A stretch of DNA of 64,000 nt from an uncultured Lentisphaeraceae bacterium (lineage in GTDB: Bacteria > Verrucomicrobiota > Kiritimatiellia > RFP12 > UBA1067): NCBI GenBank assembly GCA_964557205.1, contig CAZKZI010000001.1, positions 29,284-93,283 on the forward strand, read 5' to 3'. Positions 28,660 to 39,210 of the stretch are shown piece after piece (the stretch's first letter is position 1; every line of letters starts with the position of its first letter). The notes beneath the pieces are model-generated. The model had not been told where the DNA came from and searched no databases. It saw nothing but the letters and a program-made list of their open reading frames with translations. A program made the translations under genes and the position numbers.

Positions 28660-30282
28660 TCAAGCTTGTTTGCGCAACTTATTGCGGACCAGACAAAAAA
28701 CCTCATGCATCTCACCGATCCGCAGACCGTAAGCCGCCGCTAGATATAGCAACCCGAAAACTCCGCCGGCCATAGCGAGGCGTAAGGCCTCGCCGACCTT
28801 GCCCCCAACACCCGCCATCAAGCCAGCTTGCAGGCTAAGCCAGGCGCCAAGAGCGGCAACCGCTGCCGCCAGAGACACCCGCGCCAGAAAAACCAGAGTC
28901 TCGACAAAAGGGAACACCGGCGCGTTTTTCTTCAACATCTCGACCAGAGTGAAACACTTGAGAACACGCGACAAAGTGAAGCCGCCGGCAATGAAGGCCA
29001 GCACCACCAGATCTCGCCCTCCGTAAAACCTGATCCCTAACCAGCTCACAATCATGCTTAACGTCGAGAACACAATCCCGATCAGAGTTACCGTTATCAT
29101 CCGCCGGTTGGCGAAAAAAGCCTGCATCACGAGCGTCTCGATCGCGGCGGCTGGCAACGCGAAAGTATAGAAAATCAATGCCACGGAAGTCCGCCGCACA
29201 GCCACATCATCGAAATACCCCCCGCCGAAAACCAGCGCGGTCAACGGAACCGCCGCCACCGCCACAAAAAACGCCACCGGCGCGAATAGCGACAGCAGCA
29301 TGCGGCCGAAACGTGTAACCAGACGGCCTAGACCGGCCGCATCCTCTTTGCTGACAAGCTCACAAAAAAAAGGGAAGGCGGCTATCGACAATGTGTAGGG
29401 CACCAGATACAGCAGCGCGCCCTGCAGCTTGCGCCCCATTGAATTGGCCTGCATCAGACCCGACCGGTCTAAAGAACTTAACAAATAGACGTGATTCACC
29501 TGATCACGCATCTTCGCCACCAGTATACCCAGCAACAAAGGCAACGCCAGCAGGCACAGGGTCTTGATCGCCGGGTGCGACAAATTCAAAGCCGGACGGA
29601 AATTACGCAGCTTGTCGCGCAAACCGAAAAGATGCGTCAGCAGCTTACATATCGAACCTGCCAACAACCCCCAAACCAGCATCTTCGAACTGTCATGCGA
29701 GAATATGGCGCCAGCCAGCAGGAAAAAAACAACGCAAAACTTCCATACCGCGTCACCGAAAGCCGCCAGGAAAAAACGCTTGTAGCTGTTAAGCAGCACA
29801 TAAGTCGTAGACCCTAGTGAAAGCCCGATCAACGCCGGCGCCAAAGCCCTCACGCTGTCCTGCGCCATCTTGTATTTATCAGGCGACGAGTTCGGGCTCC
29901 ACTGCGTGAGAAAACTCACGGCCGCCCCTGGAAAAAAGCACAAGGCGCAAGCCAACAAAACCAGCGCGAAAAACTGGAGAGTCAAGAGGGTGTTGGCGAC
30001 GACCCATGCGCTTTTTTCGCTTTTCACATTCAACTCGCGCATGAACACCGGAAGGAAAGCCGGGCCTAAAACCTCCTCCCCTATCAGGAAAAGCAGATAT
30101 ATGCAGTTCTCGAACGCAAAGACATAAACAACATCAAACGCATCCTGCGGCAGATAATGCCCCATCGCCTTGGCCTGTATCAGACCTGCCAGCTTGAAAA
30201 GCTGATGCGCTATGAGAATCAGAAAAGTGGCCTTGAAAATGCTCTTTTCCAAGGTGGGCTTATGTATACTCATTCCCCCCAT
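28660..30282 (-). CDS. murJ: lipid II flippase MurJ (MviN family)
   Basis: 540 aa, 14-TM MOP-superfamily protein with MurJ-like N-terminus and C-terminal extension. Confidence 0.8.
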   Translation of the reverse strand: MGGMSIHKPTLEKSIFKATFLILIAHQLFKLAGLIQAKAMGHYLPQDAFDVVYVFAFENCIYLLFLIGEEVLGPAFLPVFMRELNVKSEKSAWVVANTLLTLQFFALVLLACALCFFPGAAVSFLTQWSPNSSPDKYKMAQDSVRALAPALIGLSLGSTTYVLLNSYKRFFLAAFGDAVWKFCVVFFLLAGAIFSHDSSKMLVWGLLAGSICKLLTHLFGLRDKLRNFRPALNLSHPAIKTLCLLALPLLLGILVAKMRDQVNHVYLLSSLDRSGLMQANSMGRKLQGALLYLVPYTLSIAAFPFFCELVSKEDAAGLGRLVTRFGRMLLSLFAPVAFFVAVAAVPLTALVFGGGYFDDVAVRRTSVALIFYTFALPAAAIETLVMQAFFANRRMITVTLIGIVFSTLSMIVSWLGIRFYGGRDLVVLAFIAGGFTLSRVLKCFTLVEMLKKNAPVFPFVETLVFLARVSLAAAVAALGAWLSLQAGLMAGVGGKVGEALRLAMAGGVFGLLYLAAAYGLRIGEMHEVFCLVRNKLRKQA

Positions 30283-30306
30283 CCCCTCATTGTCATAATC
30301 TTGGCG

Positions 30307-32265
30307 CTATGACATCATCTGCATGTCACACAGCTTGCGGTAGGCTCCCCCGGCCGCGTAAAGCTGTTCATGCGTGCCGCGCTCCACAATCTGCCCTTTC
30401 TCCATTACCAGGATCAGACAGGCATTGCGGATTGTGCTCAAACGGTGGGCGATGGCGAACGTCGTGCGATTGGCCATCAACTTGTTTATGGCGTCTTGCA
30501 CCAAACGCTCCGTAACAGTGTCAAGGGCGCTAGTGGCCTCATCCAGCACCAGTATCGGCGGATTTTTCAGAATCGCGCGCGCGATCGCCACCCTCTGCCG
30601 CTCACCACCGCTCAAGGCAAACCCCTTCTCGCCGACCACGCGCTCATAACCTTCCGGATGCGCCACTATGAATTCGTGCGCGTTTGCCATCTTGGCCGCT
30701 TCAACCACCTGCTCCCGCGTGGCGCCCGGCGACCCGTATGCGATGTTGTTGGCGACCGTGTCGTTGAAAAGCACCGTCTCTTGCGTAACCACGCCGACCA
30801 GACGGCGCAGATCCGATATTTCAAGCCGACTTAAATCCACCCCGTCCATCGTGACTTTCCCCGCCACCGGATCGCAGAAACGCGCCAGCAGAGCCGCCAG
30901 CGTGGTCTTTCCGGCCCCCGTGCCGCCGACAACCGCCACAACCGAGCCACAGAGCATGTCAAATGTAACATCTTTGACCGCAAACTCGGCGCCGGAGCCA
31001 TAGGTGAAACATACCTGCTCAAAGCTGACACGGTCATGAAAATTCTCTTTCCTGACCGGATCCGCAGCTAACGGCAGGCTCATGTCCGTGTCCAACAACG
31101 AGAACACGCGGGCTAACGCCGCCCTGCCGCGCTCAATCTGCGCCTGGACTTTGCCCAGTTGCTTCATCGGGCGGTACGCCACAAAAAACGGCACCAGCAA
31201 CGGGGTGATGTCTTGCAACTCGATCTCCCTGAAGAAACAATACACTACAAACACAAAAATCAGCGAAATCCCGACACATTCGACCGCCGGCGTTATCAAC
31301 AGCTCCAGCCGTATGGCGCGCAACACACTCTTGACATAAAACGCGTTGACACCCTTGTACTTTTCAATCTCAAATTCCTCGGTGTGATAGGCCTTGACAA
31401 CCCGGATGCCGGTGAGATTCTCGTGTATCTTGGACGAAATGAATGAGATGCGGCGCAAGACCTTCCGCGCCCACTTGCGCACCATCGCCCCTAAAAACGC
31501 CATGGGCAGCAGAAGCAAAGGAAAACCGATCAGAACCATAACCAGCGTCTCGATCATGTTGTTCCTGACCGCGAAATATATGACATATCCCACAGCCACA
31601 ACTACTTCAAACGGTGCCCGGCACAAATCCGCCACGGTGTGCGAGATCACATAATCGATGTGCTGTGGATCAGTCGTGCAGCGGCTCATCAGTTGTCCCA
31701 CATCCGTCCGCGCGTAAAACTGCAGCGACTGCTTCTGCAGGTGGCTGAACAAATCCACCCGGAAATCCTGCACCACTTTCGCGCCAACCCATCGCAGACA
31801 ATAATTATTCAGGTACGTCGTAACCAGCTTAACCAGCATTACCAGAGGCACTATAAAGAAGGTGATCAACAGCAACTCGCCAGTCATATGGCCATGCGCG
31901 TCACGGAAACTGATGCCAGCACGGTTGGCGAAACCCTCCGCCCTCTCAAACCAAGACGGCAGCTTCTTACTCTTCGGCGAGAGTTTTTTTACGCCCGCCG
32001 CCGCTGTCGGCCCGGCAAGCTCTACAACTTCCGACACAGGTTTCTGCCCTAAACTCTCCGCCTGAACACGCGGATGATCTTCATCAATGGTCTGGACCTG
32101 CTTAAGTATCGGCTGTATCACCTGAAATATCGGAACCCATGATCCTGCGGTTATAGAGCCGGCCAACAATCCCACAATCAGCCGCACACGATATTTACTG
32201 GCATAACGGTACAACCTTCCGTAAGCCTCTTTCGCCGTATACTCTTTGTCAAAAAACTCGGGCAT
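30307..32265 (-). CDS. ABC transporter permease/ATPase fusion, MsbA-like lipid exporter
   Basis: 652 aa. 6-TM domain plus NBD with Walker A GGTGAGKTT, signature LSGGERQR, Walker B ILVLDEATSALD. Unusual ~90-aa insertion between TM1 and TM2. Confidence 0.8.
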   Translation of the reverse strand: MPEFFDKEYTAKEAYGRLYRYASKYRVRLIVGLLAGSITAGSWVPIFQVIQPILKQVQTIDEDHPRVQAESLGQKPVSEVVELAGPTAAAGVKKLSPKSKKLPSWFERAEGFANRAGISFRDAHGHMTGELLLITFFIVPLVMLVKLVTTYLNNYCLRWVGAKVVQDFRVDLFSHLQKQSLQFYARTDVGQLMSRCTTDPQHIDYVISHTVADLCRAPFEVVVAVGYVIYFAVRNNMIETLVMVLIGFPLLLLPMAFLGAMVRKWARKVLRRISFISSKIHENLTGIRVVKAYHTEEFEIEKYKGVNAFYVKSVLRAIRLELLITPAVECVGISLIFVFVVYCFFREIELQDITPLLVPFFVAYRPMKQLGKVQAQIERGRAALARVFSLLDTDMSLPLAADPVRKENFHDRVSFEQVCFTYGSGAEFAVKDVTFDMLCGSVVAVVGGTGAGKTTLAALLARFCDPVAGKVTMDGVDLSRLEISDLRRLVGVVTQETVLFNDTVANNIAYGSPGATREQVVEAAKMANAHEFIVAHPEGYERVVGEKGFALSGGERQRVAIARAILKNPPILVLDEATSALDTVTERLVQDAINKLMANRTTFAIAHRLSTIRNACLILVMEKGQIVERGTHEQLYAAGGAYRKLCDMQMMS

Positions 32266-32274
32266 ATCCCTAAC

Positions 32275-33192
32275 CTAAACGGAGTCGATGTAGCGCTCGG
32301 CCTCCAGCGCGGCCATGCAGCCGGAACCAGCCGCGGTCACCGCCTGCTTGTAAGCCCTGTCTTGCACATCTCCGGCAGCGAAAACCCCTGGCGCGGAAGT
32401 GCGAGTGCGGTCGGTAACAATGTATCCCTCCGCGTCAAGTTCCAACTGCCCTGACAGAAACGCCGTGTTCGGGACATGCCCGATGGCAATGAATACCCCC
32501 GGAACCTCAAGCTCCGAGACCGCGCCGCTCTTGACATTCTTTAAACGTAGCCCGGCGACCGCTCCAGCCTTGTCCCCTACAATCTCCTCAACCACCGAAT
32601 CCCACACGACATCAATCTTGTCCTGTCCCAAAACCCGGTCCGCCATTATTTTAGACGCCCGGAACTGGTCGCGCCTGTGAATCACCGTCACTCTTTCAGC
32701 CATGCGCGACAAATACAGGGCATCCTCCATCGCGGTGTCGCCACCCCCGACCACCGCCACTCGCTGTCCTTTGAAAAAAGCTCCGTCACATGTGGCGCAT
32801 GCTGAAATCCCTTTGCCCATAAACCGCTGTTCAGACTCCAACCCCAAATACCTCGCGCTGGCGCCGGTGGCAACAATAACCGCGCGGGTCTCCAGCTCAC
32901 CGTTCATTTCGGTCTTGATTTTTTTTACATCACCCGACAGTTCGCACGATGAAACCTCGTCCATCATGATCCGCACGCCTAACCGCTCCGCCTGTTTGCG
33001 CATGGTCTCAACCAGTACGGTGCCGTCAATCGCATTCTCGAACCCCGGATAGTTTTCCACATCCGTCGTCTGCGTCAACTGGCCACCTGGTTGCATACCG
33101 CTAACCAGCACCGGCTCCAAATTGGCCCGCGCCGCATAAATTGCAGCCGTGTATCCTGCCGGACCGCTACCGATAATCACTACGTTCTCCAC
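32275..33192 (-). CDS. trxB: thioredoxin-disulfide reductase
   Basis: GSGPAGYTAAIYAAR FAD motif, CATC redox-active disulfide, NADPH motif. 305 aa. Confidence 0.9.
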   Translation of the reverse strand: MENVVIIGSGPAGYTAAIYAARANLEPVLVSGMQPGGQLTQTTDVENYPGFENAIDGTVLVETMRKQAERLGVRIMMDEVSSCELSGDVKKIKTEMNGELETRAVIVATGASARYLGLESEQRFMGKGISACATCDGAFFKGQRVAVVGGGDTAMEDALYLSRMAERVTVIHRRDQFRASKIMADRVLGQDKIDVVWDSVVEEIVGDKAGAVAGLRLKNVKSGAVSELEVPGVFIAIGHVPNTAFLSGQLELDAEGYIVTDRTRTSAPGVFAAGDVQDRAYKQAVTAAGSGCMAALEAERYIDSV

Positions 33193-33237
33193 AACCCACT
33201 CTCCTCACTAATGCGTCAATTAAATGATGCGCTTCCA

Positions 33238-34956
33238 CTATGTGTACCTCAGCACCTCGTCAACTGTAGTGTACCCGTCCTGCACGTTCCTGATGGCGTC
33301 TTCCCGCAGCGTGCGCATTCCCAGTTCGCGCGCTCGCTCCCTGATGAACAATGTGGGCCGGCGCTCATTGATCAGATCACGGATCGGATCGGTCACCCGC
33401 AGATACTCAAACACGCCTTTGCGCCCCTTGTATCCCGTGCCGTTACACTTGGAACAGCCTCGCCCGTAATAAAAAGAACGGTCGCCTACATCTGTGCGCT
33501 TGAGTTCCATACGGGTCAAAGTCTCGTCATCCGGCATGTATGGCTCCTTGCAATTCAGACAGATCGTACGCACAAGCCGTTGTCCCAAGACCGCCTCCAG
33601 TGTTGATGCTATCAGATATGGCGCCACGTTCATGTCAACCAGACGCGTCACCGCGCCGGACGCGTCATTGGTGTGCAGCGTACTGAACACCAGATGCCCC
33701 GTCAACGAAGCCTGCACGGCAATTTCAGCGGTCTCCAAGTCACGAATTTCACCAATCATCATAATGTCAGGGTCTTGACGCAAGAACGCGCGCAAAACTT
33801 TCGGGAAGGTATTGCCGGTACTAGGGTTGATCTGCACCTGCACAATCCCGTCCATGTTGTACTCGACCGGCTCCTCGGCCGTCAATAACTTCGAGTCGAT
33901 CGTGTTGATCATCCGCAGACACGAATACAGCGTTGTAGTCTTACCCGAACCGGTCGGCCCCGTCACGATGATGATCCCGTTGGGCTTCTCTATGTCCATT
34001 GTCAAAATTTCATAGATGTCTTCCGGCAAGCCGACATTCTCTAGGTCTAGCGACACCACGCTGCGGTCTAAAACACGCAAAACCACGCTTTCGCCGTGAG
34101 CCGTCGGCAGGCACGATACACGCAGATCCACCGAGTGCCCGGCCACCGTCAGAGAAATGCGCCCGTCTTGCGGCACACGCCGCTCGGCGATATTCAAACC
34201 TGACATGACCTTGATACGCGAAATGATAGGCAAAGCCAGACGCCGCGGCGGCGGCGACATCTCGTACAACGCGCCGTCAACACGGTAACGAATCTTGAAA
34301 TCAGTCTCGAACGGCTCGAAATGTATGTCCGAGGCACGGTCCGTCACCGCCTGATACAGCACAAGGTTGACAAACCGGATCACCGGAGCGGCCGCCGCGG
34401 CCGACTCCAGGCTCTTGTCATCCGCGTCATCGACATTCAGCGAGGTGTCCAGCGCCAAATCCGACTCCAGACTGTTCAGCATGTCGGAAACCGTCGCGCT
34501 ATCATCGCCGTAATGCTCAACAATACGCTCCCTGACATCTTTCTCACGCGCCATCACAAACTGGACATCCCGCGTCAGGACAAACATCAGCTCGTCCATC
34601 ACATGAGGGTCGATCAGATCGCATGTGGCCAGCGTAATTGTGCCTGCCGTCGCATGCACCGGCAACACATTGTACATGCGCGCGACACTGGCCGGTATGC
34701 TCTGGATCACATCCGTGTCCAGCGACATCACGCCCAGATCGATCACGTCGCACCCCTGATAGGCCGCCATCATGCCCAGCAGGTCGTCCTCAGTGACATA
34801 ACCGTTGTCGACAAGCAGTTTACGCATCGGCTTCCCGGTGTTCTTGTGCTCATCGCGCATCTCTTCCACCTGCTGCTGGTCAATAATCCCGTTGCTGACC
34901 ACCAGATCGAGTAGCGGATCGTAGGATTGTGTTATCGGCACTAATGTTTCTGCCAT
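33238..34956 (-). CDS. type II secretion/type IV pilus assembly ATPase, GspE/PilB family (with N-terminal T2SSE_N domain)
   Basis: 572 aa. Walker [16 protein letters not shown], Asp box, His box, tetracysteine motif CLNCK...CSKCNGTG. AGAGG RBS. Confidence 0.85.
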   Translation of the reverse strand: MAETLVPITQSYDPLLDLVVSNGIIDQQQVEEMRDEHKNTGKPMRKLLVDNGYVTEDDLLGMMAAYQGCDVIDLGVMSLDTDVIQSIPASVARMYNVLPVHATAGTITLATCDLIDPHVMDELMFVLTRDVQFVMAREKDVRERIVEHYGDDSATVSDMLNSLESDLALDTSLNVDDADDKSLESAAAAAPVIRFVNLVLYQAVTDRASDIHFEPFETDFKIRYRVDGALYEMSPPPRRLALPIISRIKVMSGLNIAERRVPQDGRISLTVAGHSVDLRVSCLPTAHGESVVLRVLDRSVVSLDLENVGLPEDIYEILTMDIEKPNGIIIVTGPTGSGKTTTLYSCLRMINTIDSKLLTAEEPVEYNMDGIVQVQINPSTGNTFPKVLRAFLRQDPDIMMIGEIRDLETAEIAVQASLTGHLVFSTLHTNDASGAVTRLVDMNVAPYLIASTLEAVLGQRLVRTICLNCKEPYMPDDETLTRMELKRTDVGDRSFYYGRGCSKCNGTGYKGRKGVFEYLRVTDPIRDLINERRPTLFIRERARELGMRTLREDAIRNVQDGYTTVDEVLRYT

Positions 34957-34959
34957 ACT

Positions 34960-36045
34960 TTACCTCTTTGCGTGAAGTTCTTCTTTGAGCTTCTGGACCA
35001 AAGTGTCGGGGTCCTGCGACTTCGTGACCAGATCGTCATAGGAAATCAAACCCTTCAGATAAAGATCCATCAGATGCGAATCCAGTGAAATCATGCCGTA
35101 CTTGGCGCCGGTCTGGATATCCGAACTGATCTGGAATGTCTTGTTGTCACGTATGCGAGAACGGATCGACGGGGTCGAGATCATAATCTCGAAAGCCGCC
35201 ACCCGCCCGGGCTTGTCGACTCGCGACAGCAACAACTGCGATATCACCGCAACCAACCCTACGGACAACTGCGTGCGCACCTGTTCCTGCTGGTCGGTCG
35301 GGAACGCGTCAACAATACGGTCCACCGTGGCGGCAGCACCGGTGGTGTGCAATGTCGCGAACACAAGATGGCCGGTTTCAGCCGCCGTGATCGCGGCCTG
35401 CATGGTCTCCAAATCACGCATTTCACCGACCAATATCACATCCGGGTCCTGCCGTAAGGCGCGCCGGATAGCCTCTGCAAAAGTCGGCACGTCATGCCCG
35501 ATCTCCCGTTGCGTCACCACCGCTTTCTTGTGCGGATGATAATACTCGATAGGATCCTCAACCGTTATGATATGCACATCACGCTCTTTGTTGATGATGT
35601 CGATCATGGTGGCCAGCGTGGTCGTCTTGCCGGAACCGGTCGGCCCGGTAACCAGAATCAACCCGCGCGGACGGAAGAGCAATTCCTTGACCTGCTCCGG
35701 CAGACCGATCTGCTCCAAAGTCAGCAGTTTATTGGGAATCTGGCGCAACACAATGCCAAAATTGCCCCTTTCCTTAAACACGCTGACACGGAAACGCGCG
35801 AGGTCTCCAAAAGGTAACGCTAAATCCGCCCCGCCGCACTGCTCTACCTCCAGCCGTTTGTCTTCCTCTAATATAGAGAGCGCCAACGCCTCGGTGTCCT
35901 CCGCTTTCAAAGGCGGGCTGTCCAGCGGCGTCAACGCGCCGTTGATGCGGAGCATCGGCGGCACACCTACGCGTATATGCAGGTCGGACGAACCTTCATC
36001 CACCGTCGCCTGCAACAAGTCTGTCATGTTCATGTCTGTGCTCAT
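34960..36045 (-). CDS. pilT: type IV pilus retraction ATPase PilT
   Basis: 361 aa. [21 protein letters not shown], PilT-type core without N-terminal T2SSE_N domain. Confidence 0.85.
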   Translation of the reverse strand: MSTDMNMTDLLQATVDEGSSDLHIRVGVPPMLRINGALTPLDSPPLKAEDTEALALSILEEDKRLEVEQCGGADLALPFGDLARFRVSVFKERGNFGIVLRQIPNKLLTLEQIGLPEQVKELLFRPRGLILVTGPTGSGKTTTLATMIDIINKERDVHIITVEDPIEYYHPHKKAVVTQREIGHDVPTFAEAIRRALRQDPDVILVGEMRDLETMQAAITAAETGHLVFATLHTTGAAATVDRIVDAFPTDQQEQVRTQLSVGLVAVISQLLLSRVDKPGRVAAFEIMISTPSIRSRIRDNKTFQISSDIQTGAKYGMISLDSHLMDLYLKGLISYDDLVTKSQDPDTLVQKLKEELHAKR

Positions 36046-37733
36046 CAGTCAGCATCTCCCATTGTTGCCCTTAAAACCTCTTCCAATGTCGTCATACCTG
36101 ACGCAACCTTTAAAAGCCCGTCCTCACGTAATGTCCGCATTCCCATCTCGCGCGCCCTAATCCGCAGCACGGTAGCGGGCGAACGGTCGAATATAAGACG
36201 CTGGATCGCATCGTCGATCTGGAATATCTCAAAGATGCCTTTGCGCCCTTTATATCCTGACTGACCGCATGCGGCGCAGCCTTTACCCTTATACATTGTT
36301 GAAACATTAGCCCCTTTAGAAAATGCTCCCAGCATCTTAAGCTCGCGTTCGGTCGGCGTATATTCGTCCCGGCACTTGTCACAGATGGCGCGCACCAACC
36401 GCTGAGCCATAGCCGCGCGCACGGCTGAAGCGACCAGAAACGGCTTGACACCGATGTCCAACAGACGTGTCACCGCACTTGGCGCGTCGTTGGTGTGCAA
36501 CGTGCTGAACACAAGATGTCCGGTCAAAGCCGCCTCCATGGCAATATTGGCTGTTTCACTGTCACGAATTTCACCGATCATCACAATGTTGGGCGCCTGC
36601 CGCAGAATCGAACGCAAAGCCGCGGAGAAATCCAGACCGACATCTTTATTCACCTGCACCTGATTAATGCCGGACATCTGGTATTCGACCGGATCTTCCA
36701 CCGTGATGATTTTCCTGTCCGGCAGGTTGATCTGCCCAAGACAGGCATAAAGCGTCGTGGTCTTGCCTGAACCGGTGGGGCCTGTCACCAGCAACACCCC
36801 GTCCGGCAGACCAATCAAGCGCTCAAATCTATTCTGGTCATCCGACAGAAAGCCCAGTTGCGGCAAACCCAAAGACAAGTTGGACTTGTCTAAAATACGC
36901 ATCACTATGCTCTCACCGTGGTTTGTCGGCACGGAAGACACACGGAAATCCAGATCTTTCCCCTGCACCTTCGCCTGAATACGCCCGTCTTGCGGTGTGC
37001 GCTTTTCGGATATTTTCATATTGGACATGATCTTCAAGCGACTGAGAATCGCGGCCTGCAGACGCTTGGGCGGATTGTCCATCTGACGCAGTACTCCGTC
37101 AATCCTGTAACGCACCCGGAAATGTCTTTCCATAGGTTCAAGATGAATGTCCGAAGCGCCAAGCTTGCACGCCTCTGTGATGATCATGCTTACCAGACGA
37201 ATGACCGGCGCATCAGAATCCTTGGCGTCTGACGAGCCGAGCCCCTTCTCCTTTTCGGCCACGTCAATCTCATCATCCGACATCGCACCGTAAATGTTCT
37301 CAAACTCTTGCGGGTACAATTTGTCCAGCGCGGATTTGACTTCCGCTGTCGGCGCGATTACAGCGTCAACATTCACCTTCAGCACGTACCGTAGACTGTC
37401 GACGGTGTCGTATCCCATCGGATCGCTCAAAGCCACCGTCACCGTGCCATCGTTCATGCATACCGGCACCACACCGTACTTTCGCGCGACATCCGCAGGG
37501 ATAACCTCTTTGACCGCCGGATCGATGGCATCTGCATTTACATGCACATACTCCATCCCGAACTGCGCGGCAATCATAGCCAACACGTCATCCTCGCCGA
37601 CTACCCCTGCCTGCACCAGAATGTCCAGTGTCGTCTCGCCCTCCTGCTTGATCGAGTTCAACACCGCCTCGACCTGCTCGGAGGTCACATGCCCCTGCTC
37701 CTGTAAAAGTTCCAACACATAATCATCGTTAGA
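36045..37733 (-). CDS. second GspE/PilB-family secretion/pilus ATPase
   Basis: Walker [19 protein letters not shown], tetracysteine CDKCR...CAACGQSG, T2SSE_N N-domain. GTG at 37733 with perfect AGGAGG RBS 6 nt upstream chosen. Track start 37802 would overlap gatB by 29 nt and is not a start codon in my reading. Confidence 0.8.
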   Translation of the reverse strand, partial: SNDDYVLELLQEQGHVTSEQVEAVLNSIKQEGETTLDILVQAGVVGEDDVLAMIAAQFGMEYVHVNADAIDPAVKEVIPADVARKYGVVPVCMNDGTVTVALSDPMGYDTVDSLRYVLKVNVDAVIAPTAEVKSALDKLYPQEFENIYGAMSDDEIDVAEKEKGLGSSDAKDSDAPVIRLVSMIITEACKLGASDIHLEPMERHFRVRYRIDGVLRQMDNPPKRLQAAILSRLKIMSNMKISEKRTPQDGRIQAKVQGKDLDFRVSSVPTNHGESIVMRILDKSNLSLGLPQLGFLSDDQNRFERLIGLPDGVLLVTGPTGSGKTTTLYACLGQINLPDRKIITVEDPVEYQMSGINQVQVNKDVGLDFSAALRSILRQAPNIVMIGEIRDSETANIAMEAALTGHLVFSTLHTNDAPSAVTRLLDIGVKPFLVASAVRAAMAQRLVRAICDKCRDEYTPTERELKMLGAFSKGANVSTMYKGKGCAACGQSGYKGRKGIFEIFQIDDAIQRLIFDRSPATVLRIRAREMGMRTLREDGLLKVASGMTTLEEVLRATMGDAD

Positions 37734-37773
37734 TGTCACAGCCTGCCTCCTAAAACATTGTTCATCAGCCCCG

Positions 37774-39210
37774 TTAAGGCCGCGCCAACCTGTCCGCCAC
37801 AAGCTTGCCGACCAGCTTCGGATCTGCCTTGCCCTTGCTCAGTTTCATCACCTGCCCCACCAGAAAACCTGCGGCAGCCTTTTTGCCGGCCAGATAGTCC
37901 TCGGCCGATTTGGGATTCGTAGCGAAAGCACGGTCGATCAAAGCCTTCAGAGCCGCGCTGTCGCTGACCTGCCCTAAGCCACGCTCTTCGACCAGAACCG
38001 CTGGCATGCCGCCGCTCCGAAAAAGCTCCGGCAACAACTCTTTCGCGGTCGGACCGTTTATAACTCCGCCATCTACCAGACACACCAGCTCCGCCAGCGC
38101 GCCCGGCGTCAACGCGCATCCGTCCACAGACAAACCTGTATCGGACAACAACCGCATGACCTCTGTCATAAACCAGTTGGACACGGTCTTGCCCAATCCG
38201 GGCTTGCACGCCCGCACTGCGGCTTCAAAAAAATCGGCGTTCTCTTTAGCGTCCGCCAACACTCCCGCGTCATACGCCGGAATGCCATATTCAGCCATCA
38301 TCCGCTCGCGCCGCGCGCCCGGCGCCTCGGGCAAACGCCCCCGCCATGACTCCACCAACTCTTCGCCAAGCTCCACCGGCACCAGATCAGGCTCCGGAAA
38401 ATACCGGTAGTCGTGCGCGTTCTCCTTGCTGCGCATCGACTGCGTCTCGCCCAGCTCCGGATCCCAGCGCCTCGTCTCCTGCACCAGCGCCACGCCTCCC
38501 TTCACCGCGGCGAGCTGTCTCGCAGTCTCGTACTCCAGCGCCGCGTAAATCCCCTTGAAGGTGTTCATGTTCTTGATCTCCACCTTCGTGCCCAGCTGCT
38601 CCTGACCCTCCGGCCGCACGCTGATGTTAACATCCGACCGCATATTACCCTCTTCAAGATTGCAGTCGCTCACTCCCGCATACACGAGCGTCTGCTTCAA
38701 CGAGTGCAGATAGGCCATGACCTCGTCCGGCGAAGCCATGTCCGGCTCCGATACGATCTCCATCAAGGGTGTCCCGCAACGGTTGAAATCCACTCCGCTG
38801 CAACCGGCGTAATGGTTTATCTTGGCCGCGTCCTCCTCGATATGGATATGATTGATGCTGACCGTCTTCGCCACCTCCCGCGTCTCGATCGTCACGCCGC
38901 CGCCCAGACAGAGAGGATGCGTGTTCTGTGAAATCTGATAGTCTTTGGACATGTCCGGATAAAAGTAGTTCTTGCGGTCGAACGTGCTGTGACGGTTGAT
39001 GCGGCATCCCAGCATAAGACCGGACATGACCGTGAGACGTATCGCCTCGCGGTTTATCACCGGTAGCGCCCCCGGATACCCCAGACACACCGGACAGACG
39101 TTGGTGTTCGGCTTCTCTCCAAACATCAGGCTGCAACCGCAGAACATCTTGGTGCGGGTCTTGAGCTGGACGTGCGTCTCCAGCCCTATGGTGACCAGGT
39201 ACCTGCTCAT
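37774..39210 (-). CDS. gatB: Asp-tRNA(Asn)/Glu-tRNA(Gln) amidotransferase subunit B
   Basis: MSRYLVTIGLETHVQLKTRTKMFCGC... typical GatB. Track ORF N-extended to 39462; ATG at 39210 overlaps gatA stop (ATGA). Confidence 0.9.
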   Translation of the reverse strand: MSRYLVTIGLETHVQLKTRTKMFCGCSLMFGEKPNTNVCPVCLGYPGALPVINREAIRLTVMSGLMLGCRINRHSTFDRKNYFYPDMSKDYQISQNTHPLCLGGGVTIETREVAKTVSINHIHIEEDAAKINHYAGCSGVDFNRCGTPLMEIVSEPDMASPDEVMAYLHSLKQTLVYAGVSDCNLEEGNMRSDVNISVRPEGQEQLGTKVEIKNMNTFKGIYAALEYETARQLAAVKGGVALVQETRRWDPELGETQSMRSKENAHDYRYFPEPDLVPVELGEELVESWRGRLPEAPGARRERMMAEYGIPAYDAGVLADAKENADFFEAAVRACKPGLGKTVSNWFMTEVMRLLSDTGLSVDGCALTPGALAELVCLVDGGVINGPTAKELLPELFRSGGMPAVLVEERGLGQVSDSAALKALIDRAFATNPKSAEDYLAGKKAAAGFLVGQVMKLSKGKADPKLVGKLVADRLARP

